NCBI GenBank assembly: GCA_002269645.1
Contig: NIVC01002077.1
Coordinates: 142,825-206,824, forward strand
Origin: Macrostomum lignano
Lineage: Eukaryota
Direction of reading: 5' to 3'
Length of the DNA: 64,000 bases
This document shows positions 25,107 through 37,794 of this stretch, piece after piece; the first letter of the stretch is position 1; each line of letters starts with the position of its first letter. Below the pieces are notes generated by a model. That model worked only from the letters and a program-made list of their open reading frames with translations. It was not told the DNA's origin and made no database searches. A program made the position numbers and the translations under genes.

Positions 25107-25325
25107 TTATCTCCCCCCACTGTCTCACCCCTATTCCCAGTTCATCTCCCCCCACTGTCTCACCCCTATTCCCAGTTCATCTCCCCCCACTGTCTCACCC
25201 CTATTCCCAGTTCATCTCCCCCCACTGTCTCACCCCTATTCCCAGTTCATCTCCCCCCACTGTCTCACCCCTATTCCCAGTTCATCTCCCCCACTGTCTC
25301 ACCCCTATTCCCAGTTCATCTCCCA
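25107..25325. repeat. 35-bp minisatellite (CCCAGTTCATCTCCCCCCACTGTCTCACCCCTATT) x about 6
   Basis: Visible. Confidence 0.9.
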
Positions 25326-26201
25326 CTCTCATCCTCTTCCCCAACCAACTGTGCGGGCGCAGTGAGCACACAAATCAATTTCATGGGCTTAAAGGCGGGT
25401 AGGCGAGAGAGAGGCCTGTTATAGTCTATGGCCGTAACCTGTCTGTTTCTATTGCTTCTCAAATAATGCAAATAGTTATGCATAACACTTTTGTATACAT
25501 GAGATAGCTAAGGTAAAAATGCAGTTTTTGGTCCAACCAGAATTCATGCGGGAGGCATTGTGCAATGACAGTGAATTTAATTGAAATGAGCTCGGCTTTT
25601 TTGTGCCCAATGCCGACTGCAGAGCTGTTCCCTCAGCTGTCTGTCTGTCAAGTGGGTATTGATAATTCTGGAAAAAAAGTTATATTGGTTTTTTCAATCC
25701 ACCATATCGATACCTGGCTCTCTATTGTTCGTTTTAGACTTTATTATCGACTGGAAATATCTAATCGGGTAATGGTGGTAGCTCAGATCCTAATTAGTTC
25801 GTAGGGACCAGGGTAGCGTCAAAATTATCTGAAATATTTTATTGCATTTCCAGTTTTTTATGCAGGAGACCGTCCAACCGCCAAATCCGTCAGATATTTC
25901 ATAATTTACCCAAGGATGAATTAGTACTTGTAGAAGGATGTAACCTACTTAAGCCGTTCTGTTTTTGTAGTTGCCTAGTAATTATTGCATAATTACTGTT
26001 TATCTTGCGACCGCCGATATGTATCGAAAAGTAGCTTTAAAGAAAGCAGAAATTAACTAGCAGTTTTATATGCTTGTTTTGCCATTTATTTACAAATTGC
26101 TTTGCCATTTTCTACCCAATTCCAGCTGATGACGGCTTAGAAACCTGCATTTCCGTGTCTGTTATCAAACCCTGCCAATATTTTTAGAATCCCAAATCAA
26201 T

Positions 26202-26270
26202 TGCGGATTCGAACCCCAGAACTTCAACGCGACAGTCTGACGCATTATCCACTCGGCCACTGTAGCCCCG
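26202..26270 (-). pseudogene. tRNA-like relic (Asp GTC-like loop) or head of a second SINE family
   Basis: The minus strand has A box TGGCCGAGTGG and B box GGTTCGAATCC with a CT-GTC loop. The acceptor stem is not convincing. Confidence 0.55.
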
Positions 26271-26929
26271 CTTCAATCACTGCGCTTGTACATGTATATC
26301 TTCTTTAATTTAAGAGGCATTAAATAAAGCACGAACGAAGCCTGCTGAGTCTGGGTCCTGTAGGCTAGAGAATCTCTCATTATTGAGCTGGCGGCTGGGT
26401 AACCCCCCCCCCTATCTGAGCACTCTTGAGCACGGAGCGCACAGGGCCGACTCAATCAGCTCAGCCGAACTTTGTTTGAGAGACAGGGGGAGATCCGGCA
26501 GCCCAATAACTCTTGATCTTCTCAACAGCCCCGTCGCTCCACTTGGCCTCCCCCCATTCCCGGCTCATATTCCCCAGCTCAGGCCTGCAGTATTACTCAC
26601 TGCGCCACACAGGCCCTCAATTTTATATAATGCACCAGTGACCACCCGGCCTGTGGGCCCTGCAGAACCAACTCGAATAGACGAGAATTGTGTCGAGGAG
26701 AATCTTCATGGGGCGAGAATCGTACATACATGCGCCTGAATCGAGTGCTCAAAATTGAGTATAAAGATGCGATCAACTGCAAGGCTCTGCAAGGGAGACT
26801 CAATATTTGTCCGTGTCGTAGAAATATGAATAAATCGATTCCTGATGAGCTGATGCTGTGCATTATTGAGACTGGTTGCCAACGGGGATTTATAAATTTG
26901 CCTGCCTCTCCCAGCCTCCAGTCTTTATT

Positions 26930-28450
26930 TGTCCTTCTCTCCTATCTTTGTCCATCTCCCATTCTATCTTTGTCCATCTCTCCCATTCTATCTTTGTCCA
27001 TCTCCCGTTCTATCTTTGTCCATCTCTCCCATTCTATCTTTGTCCATCTCCCGTTCTATCTTTGTCCATCTCCCGTTCTATCTTTGTCCATCTCTCCCAT
27101 TCTATCTTTGTCCATCTCCCGTTCTATCTTTGTCCATCTCCCGTTCTATCTTTGTCCATCTCTCCCATTCTATCTTTGTCCATCTCCCGTTCTATCTTTG
27201 CCCATCTCTCTCATTCTATCTTTGTCCATCTCCCGTTCTATCTTTGTCCATCTCCCGTTCTATCTTTGTCCATCTCTCCCATTCTATCTTTGTCCATCTC
27301 CCATTCTATCTTTGTCCATCTCTCCCATTCTATCTTTGTCCATCTCCCGTTCTATCTTTGTCCATCTCCCGTTCTATCTTTGTCCATCTCCCGTTCTATC
27401 TTTGTCCATCTCTCCCATTCTATCTTTGTCCATCTCCCGTTCTATCTTTGTCCATCTCCCGTTCTATCTTTGTCCATCTCTCCCATTCTATCTTTGTCCA
27501 TCTCCCGTTCTATCTTTGTCCATCTCTCCCATTCTATCTTTGTCCATCTCCCGTTCTATCTTTGTCCATCTCTGCCGTTCTATCTTTGTGTCCATCTCTC
27601 CCATTCTATCTTTGTCCATCTCTCCCAGTCTATCTTCTTTGTGTCCATCTCTCCCGTTCTATCTTTGTCCATCTCCCGTTCTATCTTTGTCAATCTCCCG
27701 TTCTATCTTTGTCCATCTCCCGTTCTATCTTTGTCCATCTCTCTCATTCTATCTTTGTCTATCTCTCCCATTCTATCTTTGTGTCCATCTCTCCCATTCT
27801 ATCTTTGTCTATCTCTCCCATTCTATCTTTGTCCATCTCTCCCATTCTACCTTTGTCCATCTCCCGTTCTATCTTTGTCCATCTCTCCCAGTCTATCTTT
27901 GTCCATCTCTCCCATTCTATCTTTGTCCATTTCTCCCATTCTATCTTTGTCCATCTCTCCCGTTCTACCTTTGTCCATCTCCCGTTCTATCTTTGTCCAT
28001 CTCTCCCGTTCTATCTTTGTCCATCTCTCCCAGTCTATCTTTGTCCATCTCCCGTTCTATCTTTGTCCATCTCTCCCGTTCTATCTTTGTGTCCATCTCT
28101 CCCATTCTATCTTTGTCCATCTCTCCCAGTCTATCTTTGTCCATCTCCCGTTCTATCTTTGTCCATCTCCCGTTCTATCTTTGTCTATCTCTCTCATTCT
28201 ATCTTTGTCTATCTCTCCCATTCTATCTTTGTGTCCATCTCTCCCATTCTATCTTTGTCTATCTCTCCCATTCTATCTTTGTCCATCTCCCGTTCTATCT
28301 TTGTCCATCTCTCTCATTCTATCTTTGTCTATCTCTCCCATTCTATCTTTGTCCATCTCTCCCATTCTATCTTTGTCTATCTCTCTCATTCTATCTTTGC
28401 CCACCTCTCCTATTCTATCTTTGTCCATCTCTCCCATTCTACGAGTATCT
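26930..28450. repeat. 22-24-bp CT-rich minisatellite (TCTATCTTTGTCCATCTCCCGT)
   Basis: Visible. Confidence 0.95.
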
Positions 28451-28959
28451 TTGTCCACCCCACACCGTGTATCCCCGCTTCTCCCTGCTCCCCTAAGTCT
28501 GACAGATCTCTTTTTAAATACCAGAATGAATATCAGGGCAACTCCACTGACAATGCCCTTGTACTGTTGGCTCCAGGCAGTTTCGGGGGCCGCTGAAGCA
28601 GCATTCTAGCATGATTGGATTAGCCAGTCATTGTGTTTCTTCTGCCTCCGCGCCATGGTGGGCATCTTGCATTCCCGGATGTGCGGGCATTATCAGCTAT
28701 TTTGTGTTAAGACTCAATCAGCCCGACTTGTTCAACCTCTTGTTTCCATTGAAGCCTAATCAGAGCTTGATAACCTGTCAATCAACATCAATTAGATTAG
28801 TCCATTATCATTGTGTGCTAATTACTGATTACCATCAAATCTGGCTTTCAACTGCTGCTGACTCCTGCAGCAGGGGTTCCACAGAACTGGAGCCTGTCCT
28901 GCAGCTTCTGTCCTGATCGTCCTGAACCTTGGCTACTGTGCACCCCTCTCCATCCTCAA

Positions 28960-29600
28960 TATCCAGCTCTCACTGTCTCTGTCTCCCTCTCACTCTCCCT
29001 GCTCCCGCTCACATACTCTGTCTCCTCTCGCCCTCTCTGTCTCCCTCCTATTCTCCCTGGCTCCCTCTCGCTCTCTCTGTCTCTCTCTCACTCTCTCTGT
29101 CTCCCTCTCACTCTCTCTGTCTCCCTCTCACTCTCTCTGTCTCCCTCTCACTCTCTCTGTCGCCCTCTCACTCTCTCTGTCGCCCTCTCACTCTCTCTGT
29201 CTCCCTCTCACTCTCTCTGTCTCCCTCTCACTCTCTCTGTCTCTCTCTCACTCTCTCTGTCTCTCTCTCACTCTCTCTGTCGCCCTCTCACTCTCTCTGT
29301 CGCCCTCTCACTCTCTCTGTCTCCCTCTCACTCTCTCTGTCTCCCTCTCACTCTCTCTGTCTACCTCTCACTCTCTCTGTCTCTCTCTCACTCTCTCTGT
29401 CTCCCTCTCACTCTCTCTGTCTCCCTCTCACTCTCTCTGTCTACCTCTCACTCTCTCTGTCTACCTCTCACTCTCTCTGTCTACCTCTCACTCTCTCTGT
29501 CTACCTCTCGCTCTCTCTGGCTCCCCCTCATTATTCCTAACTTCCTCTCACTCTCTTTGTCTCCCTCTCACTCCCACTCTCCCTGCTCCCGCTCAATACT
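28960..29600. repeat. 18-bp CT-rich minisatellite (CTCTCTGTCTCCCTCTCA)
   Basis: Visible. Confidence 0.93.
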
Positions 29601-30254
29601 CTGTCTCCTCTAGCCCTCTCTGGCTCCCTCTCACTCACTCTCTCTGGTTTTCTCCCACTCTCTGTCTCCCTCTCACCCCCTGTGTCTCTCATTCAAATCA
29701 AGCCCCCTAATAGTTTCCATTGCCGCAACAAAACAGACAATCGTTTTCACAGCCGCAAACGCAGCAGCACTAACAGGAGTGAATTGTTAGTGAAAGCCAA
29801 AAAAGTAAAGGTGTGAAAATTTGCTAGCTCAGAGTAGGAACTCTGAAGAGGCCCTCCAAGTGGCAGCCCAACCCCCCTGGCAGGTGGGGTGGGAGCTCCC
29901 AGGTCAGCTTTTGCAGGTGAGCTGGTGCGGGGTGTGGGGTGGTGGTTGTCTCGCTAGCGAAATTCATTTTTATTCATGAGCCGCAAGGAGCGCCACTCCA
30001 GAGCGCCCAGCTTGGCCAGTCAGCCAGCCAAGCCCGGTTGCCAACCGCTCGCTTGTGACTTGGGAACTGCAGGAGGCAGCAGCTTCAGGCGTAGCTTAAA
30101 GGGGGGATTTGCCGCCTCTGCAGTTTAATGACATTCTTCCCACAACTGCTGGCGATTCTCTCCCCATGGTTTGCGGGTGAGAAAAAATCGTTTCTTTTTG
30201 TCCTTCTATAACTGGCTGCTGGTATATTATGCAAATTGTTTTCGCTGGGTACTG

Positions 30255-31445
30255 GCCCGCCTCCTGGGAGAGTCTGGCGCCTCCTGGGAGTCTGGCGCCT
30301 CCTGGGAGTCTGGCGCCTCCTGGGAGTCTGGCGCCTCCTGGGAGTCTGGCGCCTCCTGGGAGTCTGGCGCCTCCTGGGAGTCTGGCGCCTCCTGGGAGTC
30401 TGGCGCCTCCTGGGAGTCTGGCGCCTCCTGGGAGTCTGGCACCTGGGAGTCTGGCGCCTCCTGGGAGTCTGGCGCCTCCTGGGAGTCTGGCGCCTCCTGG
30501 GAGTCTGGCGCCTCCTGGGAGTCTGGCGCCTCCTGGGAGTCTGGCGCCTCCTGGGAGTCTGGCGCCTCCTGGGAGTCTGGCGCCTCCTGGGAGTCTGGCA
30601 CCTGGGAGTCTGGCGCCTCCTGGGAGTCTGGCGCCTCCTGGGAGTCTGGCGCCTCCTGGGAGTCTGGCGCCTCCTGGGAGTCTGGCGCCTCCTGGGAGTC
30701 TGGCGCCTCCTGGGAGTCTGGCGCCTCCTGGGAGTCTGGCGCATCCTGGGAGTCTGGCGCCTCTCCTGGAAGTCTCATGGCGCCTCCTGGGAGAGTCCGG
30801 AGTCTCCTGGCAGTCTCATCGCGCCTCCTGGGAGAGTCCGGAGCCTCCTGGAAGAGTCCGGAGTCTCCTGGCAGTCTCATCGCGCCTCCTGGGAGAGTCC
30901 GGAGCCTCCTGGAAGAGTCCGGAGTCTCCTAGGAGTCTCATGGCGCCTCCTGGGAGTCTGGCGCCTCTCCTGGAAGTCTCATGGCGCCTCCTGGGAGAGT
31001 CCGGAGCCTCCTGGAAGAGTCCGGAGTCTCCTAGGAGTCTCATCGCGCCTCCTGGGAGAGTCCGGAGCCTCCTGGAAGAGTCCGGAGTCTCCTAGGAGTC
31101 TCATGGCGCCTCCTGGGAGTCTGGCGCCTCTCCTGGAAGTCTCATGGCGCCTCCTGGGAGAGTCCGGAGCCTCCTGGAAGAGTCCGGAGTCTCCTAGGAG
31201 TCTCATGGCGCCTCCTGGGAGTCTGGCGCCTCTCCTGGGAGTCTCATGGCGCCTCCTGGGAGAGTCCGGAGCCTCCTGGAAGAGTCCGGAGTCTCCTGGG
31301 AGTCTCATCGCGCCTCCTGGGAGAGTCCGGAGCCTCCTAGAAGAGTCCGGAGTCTCCTGAGAGTCTCATGGCGCCTCCTGGGAGAGTCTGGTGCCTTCTG
31401 GAAGAGTCCGGAGTCTCCTGGGAGTCTCATCGCGCCTCCTGAGAG
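30255..31445. repeat. GC-rich 18-bp minisatellite (CTCCTGGGAGTCTGGCGC) grading into longer composite units
   Basis: Visible; periodic 15-bp variant (CTGGCACCTGGG). Confidence 0.95.
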
Positions 31446-31849
31446 TTTGGCATCTTTCTGAAGCCTTCTGGGTGTCTTCTTTGTCTAAATTCTGCAGTCC
31501 CGCAAGAGTTTAGACAAAGATTTCCACTTGAACAAAGACTACATTATTTCTGCGTCAAGCACAAGTAAACCAATCGTTTGCAGCACGTCAATCAAAGCAA
31601 ATCCGTGGCAAATCATGGACCGCAGCTGGGCTGATCAGGGCTGGTTGTTCTGTCACTCAAACCCTGAGATTGATTCTGGTTTCTAATCCAGCTGAGCTCA
31701 TTTTTCAATCCATTAAAAATGCCAGGGCTGTGGCTGCGACCGACAAGTTTGTTTCTGCAACTGAAAATAAAGTAAAAGCAAAACGTTAAAAATATGAATT
31801 TTTGATACCCATGCAGATCGGAGCGTCACAGCGTTTTGGATAGGGAACA

Positions 31850-33110
31850 GAGATAGAAAATAGAGAGGTAGATAGCTGGAGAGGAAGAGATCTCAGTGAG
31901 ATAGAAATGGAGAGGTAGATATGCGGTAGAGATCTCAGTGAGATAGAAATAGAGAGGTAGATATGCGGTAGAGATCTCAGATAGATAGAAATAGAGAGGT
32001 AGATATGCGGTATCTCAGTGAGATAGAAATAGAGAGGTAGATATGCGGTAGAGATCTCAGATAGATAGAAATAGAGAGGTAGATATGCGGTATCTCAGTG
32101 AGATAGAAATGGAGAGGTAGATATGCGGTATCTCAGTGAGATAGAAATGGAGAGGTAGATATGCGGTAGAGATCTCAGTGAGATAGAAATAGAGAGGTAG
32201 ATATGCGGTAGAGATCTCAGTGAGATAGAAATAGAGAGGTAGATATGCGGTAGAGATCTCAGATAGATAGAAATAGAGAGGTAGATATGCGGTATCTCAG
32301 TGAGATAGAAAAAGAGGGGTAGATATGCGGTAGAGATCTCAGATAGATAGAAATAGAGAGGTAGATATGCGGTATCTCAGTGAGATAGAAATAGAGAGGT
32401 AGATTTGCGGCAGAGATCTCAGTGAGATGGAAATATAGAGGTAGATATGCGGTAGAGATCTCAGTGAGATAGAAATAGAGAGGTAGATATGCGGTATCTC
32501 AGTGAGATAGAAATAGAGAGGTAGATATGCGGTAGAGATCTCAGTGAGATAGAAATAGAGAGGTAGATATGCGGTAGAGATCTCAGTGAGATAGAAATAG
32601 AGAGGTAGATATGCGGTAGAGATCTCAGTGAGATGGAAATAGAGAGGTAGATATGCGGTAGAGATCTCAGTGAGATGGAAATGGAGAGGTAGATATGCGG
32701 TAGAGATCTCAGTGAGATAGAAATAGAGAGGTAGATATGCGGTAGAGATCTCAGTGAGATAGAAATAGAGAGGTAGATATGCGGTAGAGATCTCAGTGAG
32801 ATAGAAATAGAGAGGTAGATATGCGGTAGAGATCTCAGATAGATAGAAATAGAGAGGTAGATATGCGGTAGAGATCTCAGTGAGATGGAAATGGAGAGGT
32901 AGATATGCGGTAGAGATCTCAGTGAGATGGAAATAGAGAGGAAGATATGCGGTAGAGATCTCAGATAGATAGAAATAGAGAGGTAGATATGCGGTAGAGA
33001 TCTCAGTGAGATAGAAATAGAGAGGTAGATATGCGGTAGACATCTCAGTGAGATAGAAATAGAGAAGTAGATATGCGGTAGAGATCTCAGATAGAAAGAA
33101 ATGGAGAGGT
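31850..33110. repeat. 42-bp GA-rich minisatellite (AGATAGAAATAGAGAGGTAGATATGCGGTAGAGATCTCAGTG)
   Basis: About 30 copies. Confidence 0.95.
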
Positions 33111-34509
33111 AGATATGTGAGCAAGGTGACAATGCTGAGCAAGATCCATAAGAGAACAGAGATCATCGCAGCATACTGGGGAACAAATTGCTTTTAACTG
33201 CAGGCCTGTGCGCTCAAGGTGTCAAAGAAGCAGCCACTCAGCTATGCGGATGCAGGATGCCAATTAATAAAAGGAAGCTGGACTGTATGAAGGAGCCGCA
33301 CCTGGCCTGATGGCCGAGACTTCCTCAATATTTGGCTCTCAAAGTTTCCAGCTATTCATTCACCGATTAAACTTTGGGAGGAGGAGGAGGCGCGGTTTTA
33401 ATTCACAATTTTCACACCTTCTCTCTTCCTCTTCTCTCCCCTCCTCTCTCGCTGCCGCGTTCCAAAACGAGAAGCTAAAAATAGACCGGCGGAGACGCGG
33501 AGCGAAGCCGGCAGACGTTGCGACTCCGCCGCGTGAGTCAGTCGGCTCTCCGGCGCTCTGGCGCTCGCCCAGAATGCGGGCGGGGCCACTCCAATCTGGA
33601 GTGGGTGCGCCATCGGGGCGCCGGGTCCGCGGCCAGGTGTAGAGAGGGTCCTTGAGGGATCGCGCGTTGTCGAGGCAGATTTTTTGTATGCATGCATTAG
33701 TTGAGGATCCAGGAATCTCTTTTTATAATATACTTCTCTTCCCATTCTTTCCTTAGTCCACAATGGGACCCCGGGGTTGCTCGCTGAGCACGGTGGGGGG
33801 TTGCAACCCCCCCCCCCTCCAGTCACTGTTTTCACCGCCGCGAATTTGACAGTGTTGCCAAGTTGCCCAAGTGAGTATAGGGATCTGTCTCTAAGGTGGC
33901 GGCTTAAGGAAGGCTGAGCTGCCAAAGCCACTTATGCAGTCAGCAGAAGTGGGGCCAGGAGTGGCTGTAGTCAGGCAATAAGAAAAAGCAAGCAGTAAAA
34001 GTTACTGGCGCGGTGCCCTTCTTTTCTCAAGTGAGCCTTAATATGTGACAGCTCGCAAAATGACAGACTAATTGACGAAATGAGTGTGAAAAAGGGGATG
34101 ATATATATTTATACTATAATTTTAATGAGAGCAGGTACAGTGTGTATACTGTAGAGGGAGCTTGTTGAGTAAGACAGAGCAGTGCTCAAAGGGTTTAAGC
34201 TGTTTGCTTCATTCAGAGAGTCAAAAAGTGCGCAAAATATGCTATAGTAAAGGGCTTTGCTATGCGGTAACTTTGCACTTTTGTACGCAAAATGTGTCTA
34301 AAGTTACTGTAAAAGGTGTCTCTAAGATTGCAATAAAATTGTGACAGCAGTCGATCACGTGCAGCTGCAGGTTTCTAAGAAAATTACATTTTAATTTGAA
34401 ACTGAAGGCAATCATTTCACTGTACAGGCAGTATTAGGCTTGGGGATTTAAACATTGTGCTTCCATTTAAAGCGAAGGACCTCAACTGCAATCTAAAGGA
34501 TTTACAGGA

Positions 34510-37085
34510 AATGTCTATGAAGGGTCTAGAGGGAATCTCTATTAAGGATCTAGAGGGAATGTCTATTTAGGATCTAGATGGAATGTCTATTTAGGATCTA
34601 GAGGGAATGTCTATGTAGGATCTAGAGGGACTGTCTATTTAGTATCTAGAGGGAATGTCTATCAAGGATCTAAAGGGAATGTCTATTTATGATCTAGAGA
34701 GAATGTCTATCAATGATCTAGAGGGAATGTCTATGTAGGATCTAGAGGGACTGCCTATTTAGTATCTAGAGGGAATGTCTATCAAGGATCTAGAGGGAAT
34801 GTCTATTTATGATCTAGAGGGAATGTCTATGTAGGATCTAGAGGGACTGTCTATTTAGTATCTAGAGGGAATGTCTATCAAGGATCTAGAGGGAATGTCT
34901 ATCAATGATCTAGAGGGAAATTCTATGTAGGATCTAGAGGGACTGTCTATTTAGTATCTAGAGGGAATGTCTATCAAGGATCTAGAGGGAATGTCTATTT
35001 ATGATCTAGAGAGAATGTCTATCAATGACCTAGAGGGAATGTCTATGTAGGATCTAGAGGGACTGTCTATTTAGTATCTAGAGGGAATGTCTATCAAGGA
35101 TCTAGAGGGAATGTCTATTTATGATCTAGAGAGAATGTCTATCAAGGATCTAGAGGGAATGTCTATTTATGATCTAGAGAGAATGTCTATCAAGGATCTA
35201 GAGGGAATATCTATCTGTGTTCTAGAGGGAATGTCTATTTATGATCTAGAGGGAATGTCTATCAAGGATATAGAGGGAATGTCTATTTAGTATCTAGAGG
35301 GAATGTCTATCAAGGATCTAGAGGGAATGTCTATTTAGTATCTAGAGGGAATGTCTATCAAGGATCTAGAGGGAATGTCTATTTATGATCTAGAGGGAAT
35401 GTCTATCAAGGATCTAGAGGGAATGTCTATTTATGATCTAGAGGGAATGTCTATTTAGTATCTAGAGGGAATGTCTATCAAGGATCTAGAGGGAATGTCT
35501 ATTTATGATCTAGAGGGAATGTCTATCAAGGATCTAGAGGGAATGTCTATTTATGATCTAGAGGGAATGTCTATTTAGTATCTAGAGGGAATGTCTATCA
35601 AGGATCTAGAGGGAATGTCTATTTAGTATCTAGAGGGAATGTCTATCAAGGATCTAGAGGGAATGTCTATCAAGGATCTAGAGGGAATGTCTATTTATGA
35701 TCTAGAGAGAATGTCTATCAAGGATCTAGAGGGAATATCTATCTGTGTTCTAGAGGGAATGTCTATTTAGTATCTAGAGGGAATGTCTATCAAGGATCTA
35801 GAGGGAATGTCTATTTAGTATCTATAGTATCTAGAGGGAATGTCTATCAAGGATCTAGAGGGAATGTCTATTTATGATCTAGAGGGAATGTCTATCAAGG
35901 ATCTAGAGGGAATGTCTATTTATGATCTAGAGGGAATGTCTATTTAGTATCTAGAGGGAATGTCTATCAAGGATCTAGAGGGAATGTCTATCAAGGATCT
36001 AGAGGGAATGTCTATCAAGGATCTAGAGGGAATGTCTATTTATGATCTAGAGGGAATGTCTATTTAGTATCTAGAGGGAATGTCTATCAAGGATCTAGAG
36101 GGAATGTCTATCAAGGATCTAGAGGGAATGTCTATTTATGATCTAGAGGGAATGTCTATTTAGTATCTAGAGGGAATGTCTATCAAGGATCTAGAGGGAA
36201 TGTCTATCAAGGATCTAGAGGGAATGTCTATCAAGGATCTAGAGGGAATGTCTATTTATGATCTAGAGGGAATGTCTATTTAGTATCTAGAGGGAATGTC
36301 TATCAAGGATCTAGAGGGAATGTCTATCAAGGATCTAGAGGGAATGTCTATTTATGATCTAGAGGGAATGTCTATTTAGTATCTAGAGGGAATGTCTATC
36401 AAGGATCTAGAGGGAATGTCTATTTAGTATCTAGAGGGAATGTCTATCAAGGATCTAGAGGGAATGTCTATTTATGATCTAGAGAGAATGTCTATCAAGG
36501 ATCTAGAGGTAATATCTATCTGTGTTCTAGAGGGAATGTCTATTTATGATCTAGAGGGAATGTCTATTTATGATCTAGAGGGAATGTCTATCAAGGATAT
36601 AGAGGGAATGTCTATTTAGTATCTAGAGGGAATGTCTATCAAGGATCTAGAGGGAATGTCTATCAAGGATCTAGGGGGAATGTCTATTTATGATCTAGAG
36701 GGAATGTCTATCAAGGATCTAGAGGGAATGTCTATTTATGATCTAGAGGGAATGTCTATTTAGTATCTAGAGGGAATGTCTATCAAGGATCTAGAGGGAA
36801 TGTCTATCAAGGATCTAGAGGGAATGTCTATTTATGATCTAGAGGGAATGTCTATTTAGTATCTAGAGGGAATGTCTATCAAGGATCTAGAGGGAATGTC
36901 TATTTAGTATCTAGAGGGAATGTCTATCAAGGATCTAGAGGGAATGTCTATCAAGGATCTAGAGGGAATGTCTATCAAGGATCTAGAGGGAATGTCTATC
37001 AAGGATCTAGAGGGAATGTCTATTTAGTATCTAGAGGGAATGTCTATCAAGGATCTAGAGGGAATGTCTATCAAGGATATAGGGA
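34510..37085. repeat. 24-bp minisatellite (GATCTAGAGGGAATGTCTATCAAG with TTTAT/TTTAG variants), about 2.6 kb
   Basis: About 105 copies, ending about 190 bp past the NK2.1 stop. Confidence 0.95.
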
Positions 37086-37272
37086 AAGTCTGTTTATATT
37101 TTTCTGATGCTGATTACACACAAGCGAGCGCGGATTTAAGACACATATCAGAGATAATTGCTCAGATCAAGCAATGTCATAAGGAGATCATTTCGAATAC
37201 ATCGAAAAACTTGTCGCTTTGTAACCATGGAAACCAACCAACGCCTTCACCTGCGCTGTCGTCAAGTCTTCA

Positions 37273-37794
37273 TCACCAGACTCCCTGCCGGGCGCTCAAG
37301 ATAAAACCGGGTGGCGGTTGATGGTGCTGATGGTACTGGTGGTACTGGGCGGGGTGGTGGTACTGCGGCTGCTGCATCACGTGCTGGTGATGCTGGGTCA
37401 GAGCCGCAGCCGCAGCAGCCGCCGCTGCCTGCTGATGCTGATGCTGATGATGGTTATAGTGATGATGGGGATAGTGCGGGTGAGTCTGGGCAGCGGATGA
37501 GAAGTCCTGAGCAGCGGCAGCTGCGGCGGCGGCGGCTGCTGCGGCGGCTGCGGCTGCGGCGCTCGGGCCCTCGTCTCCAGCGTGTCCCGGATGCTCGAAC
37601 TGATACTGATGAGGGTGCGACTGCTGCTGCAGCTGCTGCAGGTTGGGCTTGACATCGGATTTCAACGACTGACTCGAGCCGCCGCTGACGTTCGCGGACT
37701 CCTTGGCGGAGCCGTTGTGCACCTCGGAGGAGCTGTTCTTGTCCTTCGATGCGCGCTTGCACTTGTAGCGATGGTTCTGGAACCAGATTTTCAC
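37273..37794 (-). CDS. NKX2-1: NK2.1 exon 3 (recognition helix, polyA/H/Q tail)
   Basis: GCGCAG|GTGAAAATCTGGTTCCAGAAC (VKIWFQN). Confidence 0.95.
   Translation of the reverse strand: MKIWFQNHRYKCKRASKDKNSSSEVHNGSAKESANVSGGSSQSLKSDVKPNLQQLQQQSHPHQYQFEHPGHAGDEGPSAAAAAAAAAAAAAAAAAQDFSSAAQTHPHYPHHHYNHHQHQHQQAAAAAAAAALTQHHQHVMQQPQYHHPAQYHQYHQHHQPPPGFILSARQGVW

Noticed and set aside
26850-26900. CTGATGAG as a hammerhead ribozyme core (also CTGATGA near 58054)
   Set aside because: There is no properly placed GAAA with paired stems II and III.
26688-28609. Three overlapping ORFs of 555-602 aa
   Set aside because: They are translations of a stop-free CT-rich minisatellite, with no domain content.
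30085-31360. Protamine-like (RRRQTP)n and other ORFs
   Set aside because: An 18-mer array that is open in most frames explains them, and there are no splice or promoter signals linking them to a gene.
33795-33820. Perfect palindrome GGGGGGTTGCAACCCCCC and ORF 33398-33931
   Set aside because: No recognisable protein similarity; such G/C-run palindromes are most simply repeat-element remnants.
34510-37085. Regular 24-bp repeats resembling a CRISPR array (also 50385-51070 and 38495-39258)
   Set aside because: Units are contiguous with no unique spacers, there are no cas genes, and the context is a spliced animal genome.
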